NCBI RefSeq assembly: GCF_028369095.1
Contig: NZ_JAQNDN010000024.1
Span: forward strand, 281,350-345,349
From: Nannocystis radixulma
GTDB lineage: Bacteria > Myxococcota_A > Polyangia > Nannocystales > Nannocystaceae
Direction of reading: 5' to 3'
Length of the DNA stretch: 64,000 bases
Below are positions 9,314 to 18,820 of this stretch, piece by piece. The first letter of the stretch is position 1, and each line of letters starts with the position of its first letter. The translations under genes and the position numbers were made by a program. Below the pieces are notes generated by a model. That model ran no database searches. It saw nothing but the letters and a program-made list of their open reading frames with translations, and was not told the DNA's origin.

Positions 9314-10765
9314 ATGACGCGATGGATTATCGGACCGATGGCCGCGCTGGCGGTCGGGTGCGCAGAGGGAGCGCCGTTCGACGGCGAGACCAGCGGGACG
9401 CTCGCCACGACCTCGGCGACGGCGATGCCGACGTCGACCGACCCGACCACCGGGCCGGAGCCGGCGACCGACACGACCGAGACGACGACGACGACGACGA
9501 CGGGCGACACCCTGACCTCGGAGACAGGTGAGACCGAGACGACGACGACCGGCGAGCCGACGGTGCTCGGCGAGTACTACCCGTTCACCGAGGTGCACTC
9601 GCCGATCACGGCCGACGTGGCAGCGGCGATGACCGCGATCGCGGCCAAGGGGGTCAAGACCGACGGCGTGTTCGCCAAGGTCGGCGGGACGCACACTGCC
9701 AGCAGCAATTTTATGAACTGCCTGGCCGACGCCATGCAGATCGCCGAGCTGCCGCCGGCGCTGCAGCCCACGGTCGACTTTTTCAACGCCACCGCCGCCG
9801 GCATGGGGGCGACGTCGTTCAGCCGCGTCAGCCTGGCGGCGATGCCGGGCTGGACCGGGGCCGAGATCCTGGCCGGCGCCCCGTCGCCGCTGGTGAGCGA
9901 GGTGACCGAGATCAACCCGCGCTTCGCGGTCGTGCTGCTCGGCACCACCGAGCTCGAGGCGCCGCCGCCCGACGGCGTGTTCACGTTCGCCGACAACCTC
10001 GTCGCCGTGGTCGACGCGCTGATCGCCGGCGGCACGGTGCCGATCCTGTCGACCATCCCGGCGCGCACGATGCCGGCCGGGATCGATGTCTACGTGCCGC
10101 GCTACAACGCGTTCATCCGCGCCCTCGCGCAGGGGCGCAAGATCCCGCTGATCGACCTCAACCTCGCGCTCGCGGGCCTGCCCAACGCCGGGCTCGCGGC
10201 CGACGGCATCGACCTCAGCGTCGCCCTCGCGGCCGACATGGTGACGCCGGCTCCGTGCGCGTTCGGCTTCAGCGGCATCACCAGCGGCTACAACCGCCGC
10301 AACCTCGTCACGCTCGAGGCGCTCGCCCGCGGCAAGACGGTGATCGTGGACGGCGGTCCGCCGCCCGATGCGACCGCGCCGACGCTGCTGGGCGCCGGCA
10401 CGCTCGAGGAGCCGATCGTGATCCCGGGCCTGCCGTTCGCCGACATGCGCAGCACCGCCGACAGCCCCAGCGATGCGATCGACGCCTACCAGGGCGCGTG
10501 CATGGCGATGGGCGAGGACGGGCCCGAATTCGTGTACGAGCTGACGATCGACGCGCCGACGACGATCCGGGCGCTGGTGTTCGACCAGGGCAATGTCGAC
10601 GTCGACCTCCACTTGATGACGCTGACCGACGCCGGCACGTGCGTGAAACGGGGCGACCGCGAGCTCGAGGGGCCGCTGCAGCCGGGCACCTACTTCCTGT
10701 CCGTCGACACGCTCGGGACCGCGACGCCCGGCGAGTTCGCGTTCGTGGTGCTGCCCGAGGGCTGA
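9314..10765 (+). CDS. Lipoprotein with SGNH/GDSL-like hydrolase region and C-terminal PPC (pre-peptidase C-terminal) domain
   Basis: ATG 9314 (MTRWIIGPMAALAVGC), a T/E-rich linker, then a hydrolase-like core. The C-terminal 90 aa resemble a PPC domain. Confidence 0.5.
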   Translation: MTRWIIGPMAALAVGCAEGAPFDGETSGTLATTSATAMPTSTDPTTGPEPATDTTETTTTTTTGDTLTSETGETETTTTGEPTVLGEYYPFTEVHSPITADVAAAMTAIAAKGVKTDGVFAKVGGTHTASSNFMNCLADAMQIAELPPALQPTVDFFNATAAGMGATSFSRVSLAAMPGWTGAEILAGAPSPLVSEVTEINPRFAVVLLGTTELEAPPPDGVFTFADNLVAVVDALIAGGTVPILSTIPARTMPAGIDVYVPRYNAFIRALAQGRKIPLIDLNLALAGLPNAGLAADGIDLSVALAADMVTPAPCAFGFSGITSGYNRRNLVTLEALARGKTVIVDGGPPPDATAPTLLGAGTLEEPIVIPGLPFADMRSTADSPSDAIDAYQGACMAMGEDGPEFVYELTIDAPTTIRALVFDQGNVDVDLHLMTLTDAGTCVKRGDRELEGPLQPGTYFLSVDTLGTATPGEFAFVVLPEG

Positions 10766-11071
10766 GCGCGATCCCGCACGAACGCCCGCGCAGGGCCCTT
10801 CGGGCGCCCTTGTTGTCGCGACCGGGATGCCGAATGTCGCGGTCGCGGCACCTGTGTCGCCGCGGGCATTCGAGCTCCCGCACCTGTTTCCGCCGTGTTT
10901 GGTTGCACTTTCGTCCCGGCGCGAGGACGGAGCGAATGCCTAGTGCAGGCCCGGGACCGGCTGACCGAAAGAGCAGGCTTCGCGGTCATCACCGGGCGGG
11001 GTCTCCGGACCGCGGGCCGCGTACGGCGGGGTGAGAACCGAACGGACAGGTGTTACAGTGCGGCCCCGAGC

Positions 11072-12364
11072 ATGAAGCACGCGCAGGACGAGCTGGTCTG
11101 GATCGACGGGACGGGCGCGGCGCATCCTTTGGGCGAGGTGGCGACGCAGCGGATGCGCACCCGTGAGGGCGCCTTCCGCATCATGCCGTCGCCGCGCCAT
11201 CTCGTGTTCATGCGCTACGTCGGCGCCGACGGTCGCCGCGATCGCGAGGACGGCGCGGTGGTCCGGATCGCCGGCGAGATCACGGGGCCAGGCGCGATGG
11301 CCGACGTGATCGCCCTGCTCGCGCAGGTCGGCTGGCGCGGCGAGCTGGTGGTGCAGGACTCGGAGCACTCGCGCAGCCTGTTCTTCGAGCACGGGTCGAT
11401 CGTCGGCGTGCAGTCGGACGCCGGCGACGAGCTGCTCGGCAACATCGCCTACCGCTTCGGCGCGGTCCACGAGGACGTGCTGGGCGACGTGCTGGTGCGC
11501 GCGCGCAAGACCGGCGAGCGCTTCGGCGTGGCGGCGGTGGCGATGGGCGCGCTGACCGAGGAGCAGGTGCTGAGCCTGCTCGGGCGTCAGGTCGAGGAGG
11601 TCGTGTTCGCGGTGCTGATGGCCGACGACGGGCTGTACGCGTTCCTCGACGGCTACGAGGAGGCGCGCCTGCCGTTCCGCCAGGTCCACAGCGCGACGTC
11701 GTTGCTGATGCACCTGATCGTGCGGCTCGACGGGATCCGCTACTTCCGCCCGTGGATCCCGTCGTCGCAGTACATCCCGAAGAAGCGGCCGGGCGCGGTG
11801 GCCCCGGGGACCGAGCTGCTGCCGCTGTGGGACGCGCTCGACGGGGTGCAGAGCGTCGAGCAGCTGGGCCGCTCGACCGGCCTCGGCGAGTTCCAGGTCA
11901 CCGAGATGCTGTTCCAGCTGACGCAGTCGCAGCACGTGATCATCCTGCCGCCGCGGCTGCGCGGCGGGGCGGCCGAGGCGGTCGAGCTGGCCAACACGGC
12001 GCTGCGGGCGATCCACCAGCGCGCCGACATGGCCGGCCGCGGCACCGTGTTCCGCAACGCCATGGCGGGGTTCGCCCGCGGGTCCTACGACGACCTGTTC
12101 CGCGGGGCAGGTCCGTTCGAGCACGGCGGGTTCAACGGGCAGATGATCGACCGCAACGCGAGCAACACCTGCAAGGCCCTCGGCGGCGAGCCCGAGGTGC
12201 TGGTGCGCGAGATGATGTACGACTACGTCGCGTTCGCGCTGCTGTCGTGCGGCGCCTCGATCGGCAAGGCCGACGAGCAGGCGCTGAGCCGCGAGGTCGA
12301 GCCGCTGCTGGCCAAGCTGCGCCCGGCCAGCCAGTCGGGCATGTTCCGCCTCACGCCGACGTGA
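11072..12364 (+). CDS. DUF4388 domain-containing protein
   Basis: Internal ATG 11072. The N-terminal roughly 100 aa (MADVIALLAQVGWRGELVVQD...LFFEHGSIVGVQSDAGDELLGNI) fit the DUF4388 pattern common in Myxococcota. Confidence 0.5.
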   Translation: MKHAQDELVWIDGTGAAHPLGEVATQRMRTREGAFRIMPSPRHLVFMRYVGADGRRDREDGAVVRIAGEITGPGAMADVIALLAQVGWRGELVVQDSEHSRSLFFEHGSIVGVQSDAGDELLGNIAYRFGAVHEDVLGDVLVRARKTGERFGVAAVAMGALTEEQVLSLLGRQVEEVVFAVLMADDGLYAFLDGYEEARLPFRQVHSATSLLMHLIVRLDGIRYFRPWIPSSQYIPKKRPGAVAPGTELLPLWDALDGVQSVEQLGRSTGLGEFQVTEMLFQLTQSQHVIILPPRLRGGAAEAVELANTALRAIHQRADMAGRGTVFRNAMAGFARGSYDDLFRGAGPFEHGGFNGQMIDRNASNTCKALGGEPEVLVREMMYDYVAFALLSCGASIGKADEQALSREVEPLLAKLRPASQSGMFRLTPT

Positions 12365-12377
12365 GGTGGGGCAGCGT

Positions 12378-13325
12378 TCAGCGCGAGGCCTCCTTCACCA
12401 TCTCCTCGAAATGCGCGATGGCGTTTTCGGCCCGCTCCTTGGCGCCGTCGAGGCGGATGTGGGCCTCCTCCATCGCGTCGCCGGTCGTCTTCATTTCGCC
12501 GATGAGGCGCTCCATCTCGGCGCGCTCGGCCTCGCCCTGCGGGGCTGGAATGGGCTTCTGACCGCCCGGCGGTGAGGTCCACGGCTCGTCGAGCTTCGCG
12601 GCTCGCAACATTCGCGCCGCGTACTCTTTCGGCGGCTCCTTGACCTTGCATTTGAAGCTGCCGCTGCGATTGCGCAGCGCGATCGAGGTGAAGTTCGGGA
12701 CCTTGTCGCACCACCCGTCGACCTCTTTTTGCGAGCGCTCCGCGTCCCAGCCGGAGAAGGTCGGCATGTCGACGTCGAGGACCTCGCCCTTCACGGTGGC
12801 GACCAGATGGCCGCGCTCGTCCGGGAACGCGGCGTCGAACTGCTGCTCGAGCGTCGCCGCGACATCCTTGCGCATGGCGGCGTTCTCGCGCTCGACGTCC
12901 GCCTTCTTGGGCTTCGCGGCGGCCTTGCGGCACGGCTCCAGCCCGGCGATCGCGGCGTCGCGTCGCGGCTCGGACACGTACTCGAGCAGAAAATCGTGGA
13001 TCTCGACCAGACGCTCGCGCGTGGCCTTGCACCCGTCGCCCACGTCGCGCGCCTCCGCGAGGACGGCGGTGTACTGCTCGAGCTCGGCGTCGGCGGCCTT
13101 GGCGCGCACCTCGTATTGCTTGGCGGCGTCGATCGCCGCCGCCGCGGCCTCCTCGGCCTTCTTGGCCTCGATCTCGGCCTGCTCCCAGCGGGCCATCGCC
13201 TCCTTGGCGCCCCGCTCCGACTCGTCGACGAGGGCGTCGACCCGGCTGGGCTCGCTCGAGCCTGCGAACATACGACACCCGCCGAGAGCGAGCGCCACCC
13301 CGAAAAACAACGCTGTCTGCTTCAT
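12378..13325 (-). CDS. Hypothetical coiled-coil lipoprotein
   Basis: MKQTALFFGVALALGGC lipobox, then a K/E/A-rich helical body. ATG inferred at 13325. Confidence 0.5.
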   Translation of the reverse strand: MKQTALFFGVALALGGCRMFAGSSEPSRVDALVDESERGAKEAMARWEQAEIEAKKAEEAAAAAIDAAKQYEVRAKAADAELEQYTAVLAEARDVGDGCKATRERLVEIHDFLLEYVSEPRRDAAIAGLEPCRKAAAKPKKADVERENAAMRKDVAATLEQQFDAAFPDERGHLVATVKGEVLDVDMPTFSGWDAERSQKEVDGWCDKVPNFTSIALRNRSGSFKCKVKEPPKEYAARMLRAAKLDEPWTSPPGGQKPIPAPQGEAERAEMERLIGEMKTTGDAMEEAHIRLDGAKERAENAIAHFEEMVKEASR

Positions 13326-13839
13326 ACGTCGAACGTGCGGCGCGAGTGCTGCGGCGTAGAAGGCCGTCGCTCCGCCGCTCGATTGTCGCACCGCCCCGAC
13401 CGCGATTCGGCGTGAGATGGGTGTGTTGTGTCACGATTCGACGCCGGCCCGCGTTCGCCTACGCGCGCGCCCGCGACGGGCCGGGTCGGACAGGTCGGCG
13501 GACGTCTCACCACCGCGGGCCGGAGAGCGCAGAACATGTCGGGTACTCGCACGACGGCCGAAGCCGGATTCGTGTGTGCATTCCGGCGGCGGTATTCGAA
13601 TCATGTCATGAGAATGGCATGCATGACTCACGGCGATGTGTCGCTCGAGATCGGTGAATGGCGCGACCCGCAATTGCCATGAGGCGAGCGATGCGGCGGA
13701 CGCCGCGACGCGCACGCGGAGCCTCTCGGGTCGCCCCTGTCGGCCGGCGAGCTGCCGGGCCCGCCGGCCGGCTGGGTGATTCCACCCTCCATCAGGCGAG
13801 GGCTTGACCTCATCTGTGATGGCGGGATAGCCTGGGTGG

Positions 13840-15240
13840 ATGCGGAGATCCACGTGTGCGTTCGTGGTCGGGGCGATGGTCGTCGGCGCTTGCGGCGATT
13901 CGGTCGGGGACTCGAAGGGGGCGACGGAGACGGCCGGCACGAGCACGACGCCGACGGGCACCGGGGGGCCGACGGGGCCGACGACGACCACGGGGAGCGG
14001 CAGCGACAGCGACGGCGGCACGACGACGACGAGCACGAGCACGGTGCCGACCACCAGCGAGACCAGCGCGGGCGTGACCGTGGACCCGAGCGAGACATCC
14101 GGCGGGTTCAAGTTCGACGCCGGCGTGCTGCCCGACGCCGGGGCGGCCGATTGCGCCAAGATGTGCGGCCAGGCCGACTTCAGCTACATCTGGATCGCCA
14201 ACAGCACCGAGAGCACGGTGTCGAAGATCAATACGCGCACCCTGGTGGAAGAGGGGCGCTACCGGACGCGCGAGACTTTGGGCAATCCGTCGCGCACGTC
14301 GGTGAGCGTCGACGGGCGCGCGGTCGCGGTCGCCAACCGCGAGGGCGGGGTCATCAAGATCTGGGCCCGACCGGAGGATTGCAAGGGCCCCAACACGTCG
14401 AGCGGCGCGGGGGACGTGAAGCCGTGGGGCACCGACGATTGCGTGGCGTGGTACACCGATTTCCCGGAGGCGGCGAGCCAGCGTCCGGTCGCGTGGACCA
14501 CGGGGGTGCGCAATCCGCAGACGTGCGAGTGGGAGAATCAGAAGATCTGGACCGGCGAGGGCCGCGACCCGGGCGGGCAGGGCGGCAGCTTCTGCAACGA
14601 CAGCAAGATCTTCGTCCATCGCCTCGACGGCATGACGGGGGTGGTCGAGGACACCATCGAGATGCCGTTCCCGTGCACGACGTTCGGGCTGTACGGCGGG
14701 GTGGTGGACGCGAGCAACGACCTGTGGCTGACGCGGCTGTTCGAGGGCGGCGCCGGGGCGATCCACGTCGACTTCGAGACGCTGGCGTACGACACGATCG
14801 GGCCGTTCTACGGCTACGGCATCACCGTCGACCACAAGGGCCGGATCTGGGGCGGCACCGGCGTGCCGGGCCAGTGGGACCCGATGGCCCAGGTGTGGAC
14901 GACGATCCAGGGCAACATCAACAACGCGGGGGTCGGCCTCGCCGAGGATCACCAGCACCGCATGTGGGTCGGGATCGTCGGCGGGATCCAGGCGATCGAC
15001 GTCGAGACGATGGCGCTCACCGACACGGTGATGTTCGCCGGCGAGAACGTGCAGTGCAAGGGCATCAGCGTCGACGTCGACGGCTTCATCTGGGCGGTAC
15101 CCGACGCGCAGAACCGGGCCTATCGCGTCGATCCTGACGACCTCAGCTATCAGATGATCGGCGGGCTGGTCGGGGCGTACACGTACTCCGACATGACCGG
15201 CGGGTCGCTCAAGACGGTCGCCTGCAACCCGCCGGGGTGA
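13840..15240 (+). CDS. Hypothetical lipoprotein (G/T-rich linker plus beta-rich domain)
   Basis: ATG 13840, MRRSTCAFVVGAMVVGAC lipobox, T/G linker, and a 380-aa W/C-containing globular region. Confidence 0.6.
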   Translation: MRRSTCAFVVGAMVVGACGDSVGDSKGATETAGTSTTPTGTGGPTGPTTTTGSGSDSDGGTTTTSTSTVPTTSETSAGVTVDPSETSGGFKFDAGVLPDAGAADCAKMCGQADFSYIWIANSTESTVSKINTRTLVEEGRYRTRETLGNPSRTSVSVDGRAVAVANREGGVIKIWARPEDCKGPNTSSGAGDVKPWGTDDCVAWYTDFPEAASQRPVAWTTGVRNPQTCEWENQKIWTGEGRDPGGQGGSFCNDSKIFVHRLDGMTGVVEDTIEMPFPCTTFGLYGGVVDASNDLWLTRLFEGGAGAIHVDFETLAYDTIGPFYGYGITVDHKGRIWGGTGVPGQWDPMAQVWTTIQGNINNAGVGLAEDHQHRMWVGIVGGIQAIDVETMALTDTVMFAGENVQCKGISVDVDGFIWAVPDAQNRAYRVDPDDLSYQMIGGLVGAYTYSDMTGGSLKTVACNPPG

Positions 15241-15252
15241 GCGGGCCCGCTC
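15237..15252. terminator. Perfect GC palindrome GAGCGGGCCCGCTC between convergent genes, putative bidirectional terminator
   Basis: A 14-bp palindrome overlaps the stop of the 13840..15240 gene and lies 11 bp from the stop of the FtsX gene. Confidence 0.3.
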
Positions 15253-15262
15253 CCCCTCGCGC

Positions 15263-17707
15263 TCAATCGTGGCGCAGCACCACCATCGGATCGATGCGGG
15301 TGGCGCGGCGCGCGGGCACGTAGGTCGCCGTCAGCCCGACGACCACGAGGATCAGCGTCACCGCGATGAAGGTCAGCGGGTCGGGGTCGCCGAGGTCGGG
15401 CAGCATCGAGGCCAGCACCCGTGACAGCGCCAGCGCGCCGGCGATGCCGACGACGAGGCCGATGGCGATCAGCCGCGCGCCCTGGCGGACGACGAGGGCG
15501 ACCACCGCCTGCGGCTGCGCCCCCAGGGCCAGGCGCAGGCCGAGCTCGTGCGTCCGCTGGGCCACGGCGTTCGACATCACCGCGTAGAGCCCGACGGCGG
15601 CCAGCAGCAGCGCGAGCCCGGCGAAGATCGCCAGCAGGCGGAGGACGAACCGCGGCGACTCGAGCGTCGTGCCGATGATCTTCTCGTAGGTGTCGATGCT
15701 GTGGACCGCCAGCTTCGGGTCGAGCTCGGCGACGGCCGAGCGGACCTGCGGGGCGAGCTCGCCCGGTTCGCCCTGCGTGCGCACCAGCAGGGTCAACCCC
15801 GAGATCGCCTGCCGAAGCTTGTCGGGCACCTGCGAATAGAGGTAGTACATCTGGTACGGCGCGACCTCCCAGTCGTCGAGCGAGTAGTGCTTCACGTGGT
15901 CGACGACGCCGATGATCTCGACGCTCGGCTGCTCGCTGAGTCGGTCGCGCAGCCGCTGTCCGACCGGGTCCTGGCCGGGGAAGAACTTGTCGGCGAGCAC
16001 CTTGTCGATGATGACCTTCGGCGGCGCCTCGGGCGTGTCCTCGGCGCCGAACGTGCGGCCCGCCAGCAGCCGGTTCCGCAGCATCTCGATGCCGCCGACG
16101 TCGACGAAGTACACCACCGACACCGGGCCGCTGACGATCGGGCGCGGCTCGTCGAGCGGCTGGAAGTTGTCGTGGTGGGCGCCGACGAACGGCGCGCCCA
16201 TCTGCACGCTCACCGCGGTGACCCCGGGGAGCGCGGCGACGCGGCGCTGGAGCTCGCTGACGAACATGCGCAGATGCGCCGCCGTCGCGTTGCGTTCGGG
16301 CGTCACCGGGACGGCGGCGGTCAGCACATGGGTCGAATCGAAGCCCAGGTCGACCGCCTGCAGGCGGGCCAGGCCGCGCATCGTCAGCCCGGCGGCGACC
16401 AGCAGCATCAGCGCCAGCGCCACCTCGCCGACGACCAGCAAGCTGCGCGCGCGCAGGTGCCGGGACCCGGAGGTCGCGCGCTGGTCGCCCTCCTTCATCG
16501 CCTGCGCGAGGTCCTGGCGCGAGGCGTAGACCGCCGGCACCAGCCCGAACAACAGCCCGGTGCCGCTCGCCACCAGCAGTGTGAATATCAACACCGTCCG
16601 GTCGATCGTGATCGGCCCGAAGAGCCCGAGCCCGAGTCGCTGCGGCAGCGCCGCGGTCAGCAGGTCGACGCCCCACAGCGCCAGCAGGAGCCCGAGCCCG
16701 CCGCTGAGCAGCGCGACGAGCGAGCTCTCGACCAGCAATTGGCGGATCAGCCGCCAGCGCCCGGCGCCCAGGGCCGCGCGCACGCTCATCTCCTTCTGGC
16801 GCCGCATCGCCCGCTCGAGCATGAGGTTGGCGACGTTGGCGATCGCGATCAGCAGCACGAAGACCACCGCGCACATCATCATCATCAGCCAGCCGCGGTG
16901 CTGCTGGGTGACCTCCGCGTGCAGGTCCGCGAGAACTGGCCTCGCCTGCCCGTATTCGTGGGGGAAGCTGCGCGCCAGGCCGTCGCCCAGCGCGTTCATG
17001 TCCTCCGTGGCCTGGGCGAGGGTCACGCCGTCCTTCAGGCGCGCGACCGTGAACAGGGCCAGGACCGCGGCGCGATGGCGGAAGCCCTCCTCCTCGGCCC
17101 GCGTGCCGAGCGGGGCGATGATGTGCTTGTCGACATGGAAGGCAAACTGGAAGTCGGGCGGCATCACGCCGACGATCGTCCAGTCGCTGCCGTCGAGGGT
17201 GATCGGACTGCCGATGACCTCGGGATCGGCGGCGAAGCGCCGCGTCCAGAAGCCGTGCGACAGCAGGACCGCCTTCTTGCCGTTCGGCACATCCTCCTCG
17301 GGCAGGAAGTTGCGGCCGAGCGCGGGCGCGACGCCCAGCATCGGCAGCAAGTTCTGCGAGTACCACTCCACGTTCAACCGCTCGGGCTCGCCGCGTCCGG
17401 TCGCCGTCATGTTCGACAGGGTGACCGCCCCGACGTCGTCGAACGAGGCGTTGCCCTCCCGGTAATCGATGTAGTTGGGGTACGACGGCGTCACCATGCC
17501 GAGCTCCGGGCGGCTCTCGTAGATGTACAGGAGCCGCTCGGGGTCGGCGAACGGCAGCGGCTTGAGGAGCACGCGATTGACCGCGCTGAAGATCGCCGTG
17601 TTGGCGCCGATCGCGACCGCCAGGGTGATGATCGACACGCACGCGTAGGCCCGGCTCTTGCCCAGCGTGCGCAGCGCGAAGCGCAGGTCCCTAAGCAGCG
17701 CGGACAT
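15263..17707 (-). CDS. ABC transporter permease, FtsX/MacB-like (ADOP family), orphan
   Basis: 814 aa with an N-terminal TM, a large periplasmic domain, duplicated FtsX-type 4-TM bundles and a C-terminal TM cluster. No ATPase gene is adjacent. Confidence 0.8.
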   Translation of the reverse strand: MSALLRDLRFALRTLGKSRAYACVSIITLAVAIGANTAIFSAVNRVLLKPLPFADPERLLYIYESRPELGMVTPSYPNYIDYREGNASFDDVGAVTLSNMTATGRGEPERLNVEWYSQNLLPMLGVAPALGRNFLPEEDVPNGKKAVLLSHGFWTRRFAADPEVIGSPITLDGSDWTIVGVMPPDFQFAFHVDKHIIAPLGTRAEEEGFRHRAAVLALFTVARLKDGVTLAQATEDMNALGDGLARSFPHEYGQARPVLADLHAEVTQQHRGWLMMMMCAVVFVLLIAIANVANLMLERAMRRQKEMSVRAALGAGRWRLIRQLLVESSLVALLSGGLGLLLALWGVDLLTAALPQRLGLGLFGPITIDRTVLIFTLLVASGTGLLFGLVPAVYASRQDLAQAMKEGDQRATSGSRHLRARSLLVVGEVALALMLLVAAGLTMRGLARLQAVDLGFDSTHVLTAAVPVTPERNATAAHLRMFVSELQRRVAALPGVTAVSVQMGAPFVGAHHDNFQPLDEPRPIVSGPVSVVYFVDVGGIEMLRNRLLAGRTFGAEDTPEAPPKVIIDKVLADKFFPGQDPVGQRLRDRLSEQPSVEIIGVVDHVKHYSLDDWEVAPYQMYYLYSQVPDKLRQAISGLTLLVRTQGEPGELAPQVRSAVAELDPKLAVHSIDTYEKIIGTTLESPRFVLRLLAIFAGLALLLAAVGLYAVMSNAVAQRTHELGLRLALGAQPQAVVALVVRQGARLIAIGLVVGIAGALALSRVLASMLPDLGDPDPLTFIAVTLILVVVGLTATYVPARRATRIDPMVVLRHD

Positions 17708-18163
17708 GGCGGTCCTCCGTGGTCACGCGACCCGCGAACGAATGCATGCGGCCGTCGAAGCCGCGGCTCGGTGCGCTCTCGATATTGATTGGCATTCCGC
17801 GGTCCTCTCGCTGTTCGCGCCGGCGTGTCTCTTGAGTCAGGTCAGACACCCGCTCGCCGCGTCCCCGACATCGTTCGCAATCGCCGTGCCGTCAATGATC
17901 TCGCAGCCTTGGCCGCGGCGTTTCCGGCGTCGTGTCCGGTTCCGGCACCGGCCGTCCCATTTCCGGACACCCGCTTGCGCGGCCGGCGAGGCCTGATCCG
18001 CGACCGAGTTCGCGCCCGCGAACCTCTCGCGCACGGCCTCGCAGGCGCCCCTCCACACGGTTCCGGTTGACCCCAACAAGGATCGGCCTCGACATGCGAT
18101 TGCCCGCCTGAATTACACCAGAAGAGGGAGTCATGGGAGACATGTCGAGGGACGCCGGCGTCG

Positions 18164-18505
18164 ATGCAGGGTTCTCACTTGCGTATCGGGGTTCCTTCGC
18201 CCACGATCGGCCTCATGCGTGCTGCTTTGCTTACCATCTGCTCCTGCTTCGGCCTCGGCCTCGGCCTCGCATCGACCACGCCGGTCGCCAACGCGTGCTC
18301 GTGCGGTGCGGGGAAGGTCTGGTCGATTCAACTCGCGAGTATCGACGGAGAGGGCGAACCCGGCCCGGAACAAAGTTTTTGGCCCGAGGAGGGGTTCGTC
18401 GATCCCTCCGAGATCCTTGTCGACGTCGGCCTCGTCAATTCCGAAGATGATCCCAGCGACGGCCCCCGGGTCGAGCTCGTCCTCGTCAGGGAGGGGGTGC
18501 AGTGA
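18164..18505 (+). CDS. Small hypothetical secreted/lipo-protein
   Basis: Signal-like MRAALLTICSCFGLGLGLA and an acidic C-terminus. It overlaps the next small ORF by ATGA. Confidence 0.3.
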   Translation: MQGSHLRIGVPSPTIGLMRAALLTICSCFGLGLGLASTTPVANACSCGAGKVWSIQLASIDGEGEPGPEQSFWPEEGFVDPSEILVDVGLVNSEDDPSDGPRVELVLVREGVQ

Positions 18506-18783
18506 TGGCGCCGTCACCCACCGTCCTCGCCCGCGCGCTGGTCTTCGGCCTCGGCGTCGCGGCGCTGTTCGCCGGCATGGCTGTCGGCGCCTCGGGTTGC
18601 GGCATCTGCACTCGCCCCTGCCCGGGCTCCATGCCCCTCGATCGCGGGATGTATTCGATTATCGAGAGCCCGGACCGCCCCGAGCTCGTCGGCGGTCAGG
18701 TCGAGATCACCGACGACGCGTTCGTGATCGCCTTCGCCGACGCCGACGGTCACGAATGGGTCGTCGACTACACCTTCGAGTAG
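18502..18783 (+). CDS. Small hypothetical secreted protein
   Basis: Signal-like ARALVFGLGVAALFAGMAVGASGC with translational coupling to the upstream small ORF. Confidence 0.3.
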   Translation: MMAPSPTVLARALVFGLGVAALFAGMAVGASGCGICTRPCPGSMPLDRGMYSIIESPDRPELVGGQVEITDDAFVIAFADADGHEWVVDYTFE

Positions 18784-18820
18784 GGCGATTCACGCTGACG
18801 GCACGCCAGGCGCGACGCGC

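Noticed and set aside
8771-10612. 613-aa minus-strand ORF
   Set aside because: Arg-rich low complexity, antisense to the SGNH/PPC lipoprotein gene.
10766-10810. Possible terminator after the 9314..10765 gene
   Set aside because: The inverted repeat is imperfect (bulged) and has no U-tract, so it is too weak to call.
10860-10930. Possible sigma-54 promoter (TTGGTTGCACTTTCG) upstream of the DUF4388 gene
   Set aside because: It lacks the conserved GG-N10-GC spacing (TGGCAC-N5-TTGC), so this is only a superficial resemblance.
15548-17788. 746-aa plus-strand ORF
   Set aside because: Antisense to the FtsX permease, with R/D/G-rich composition.
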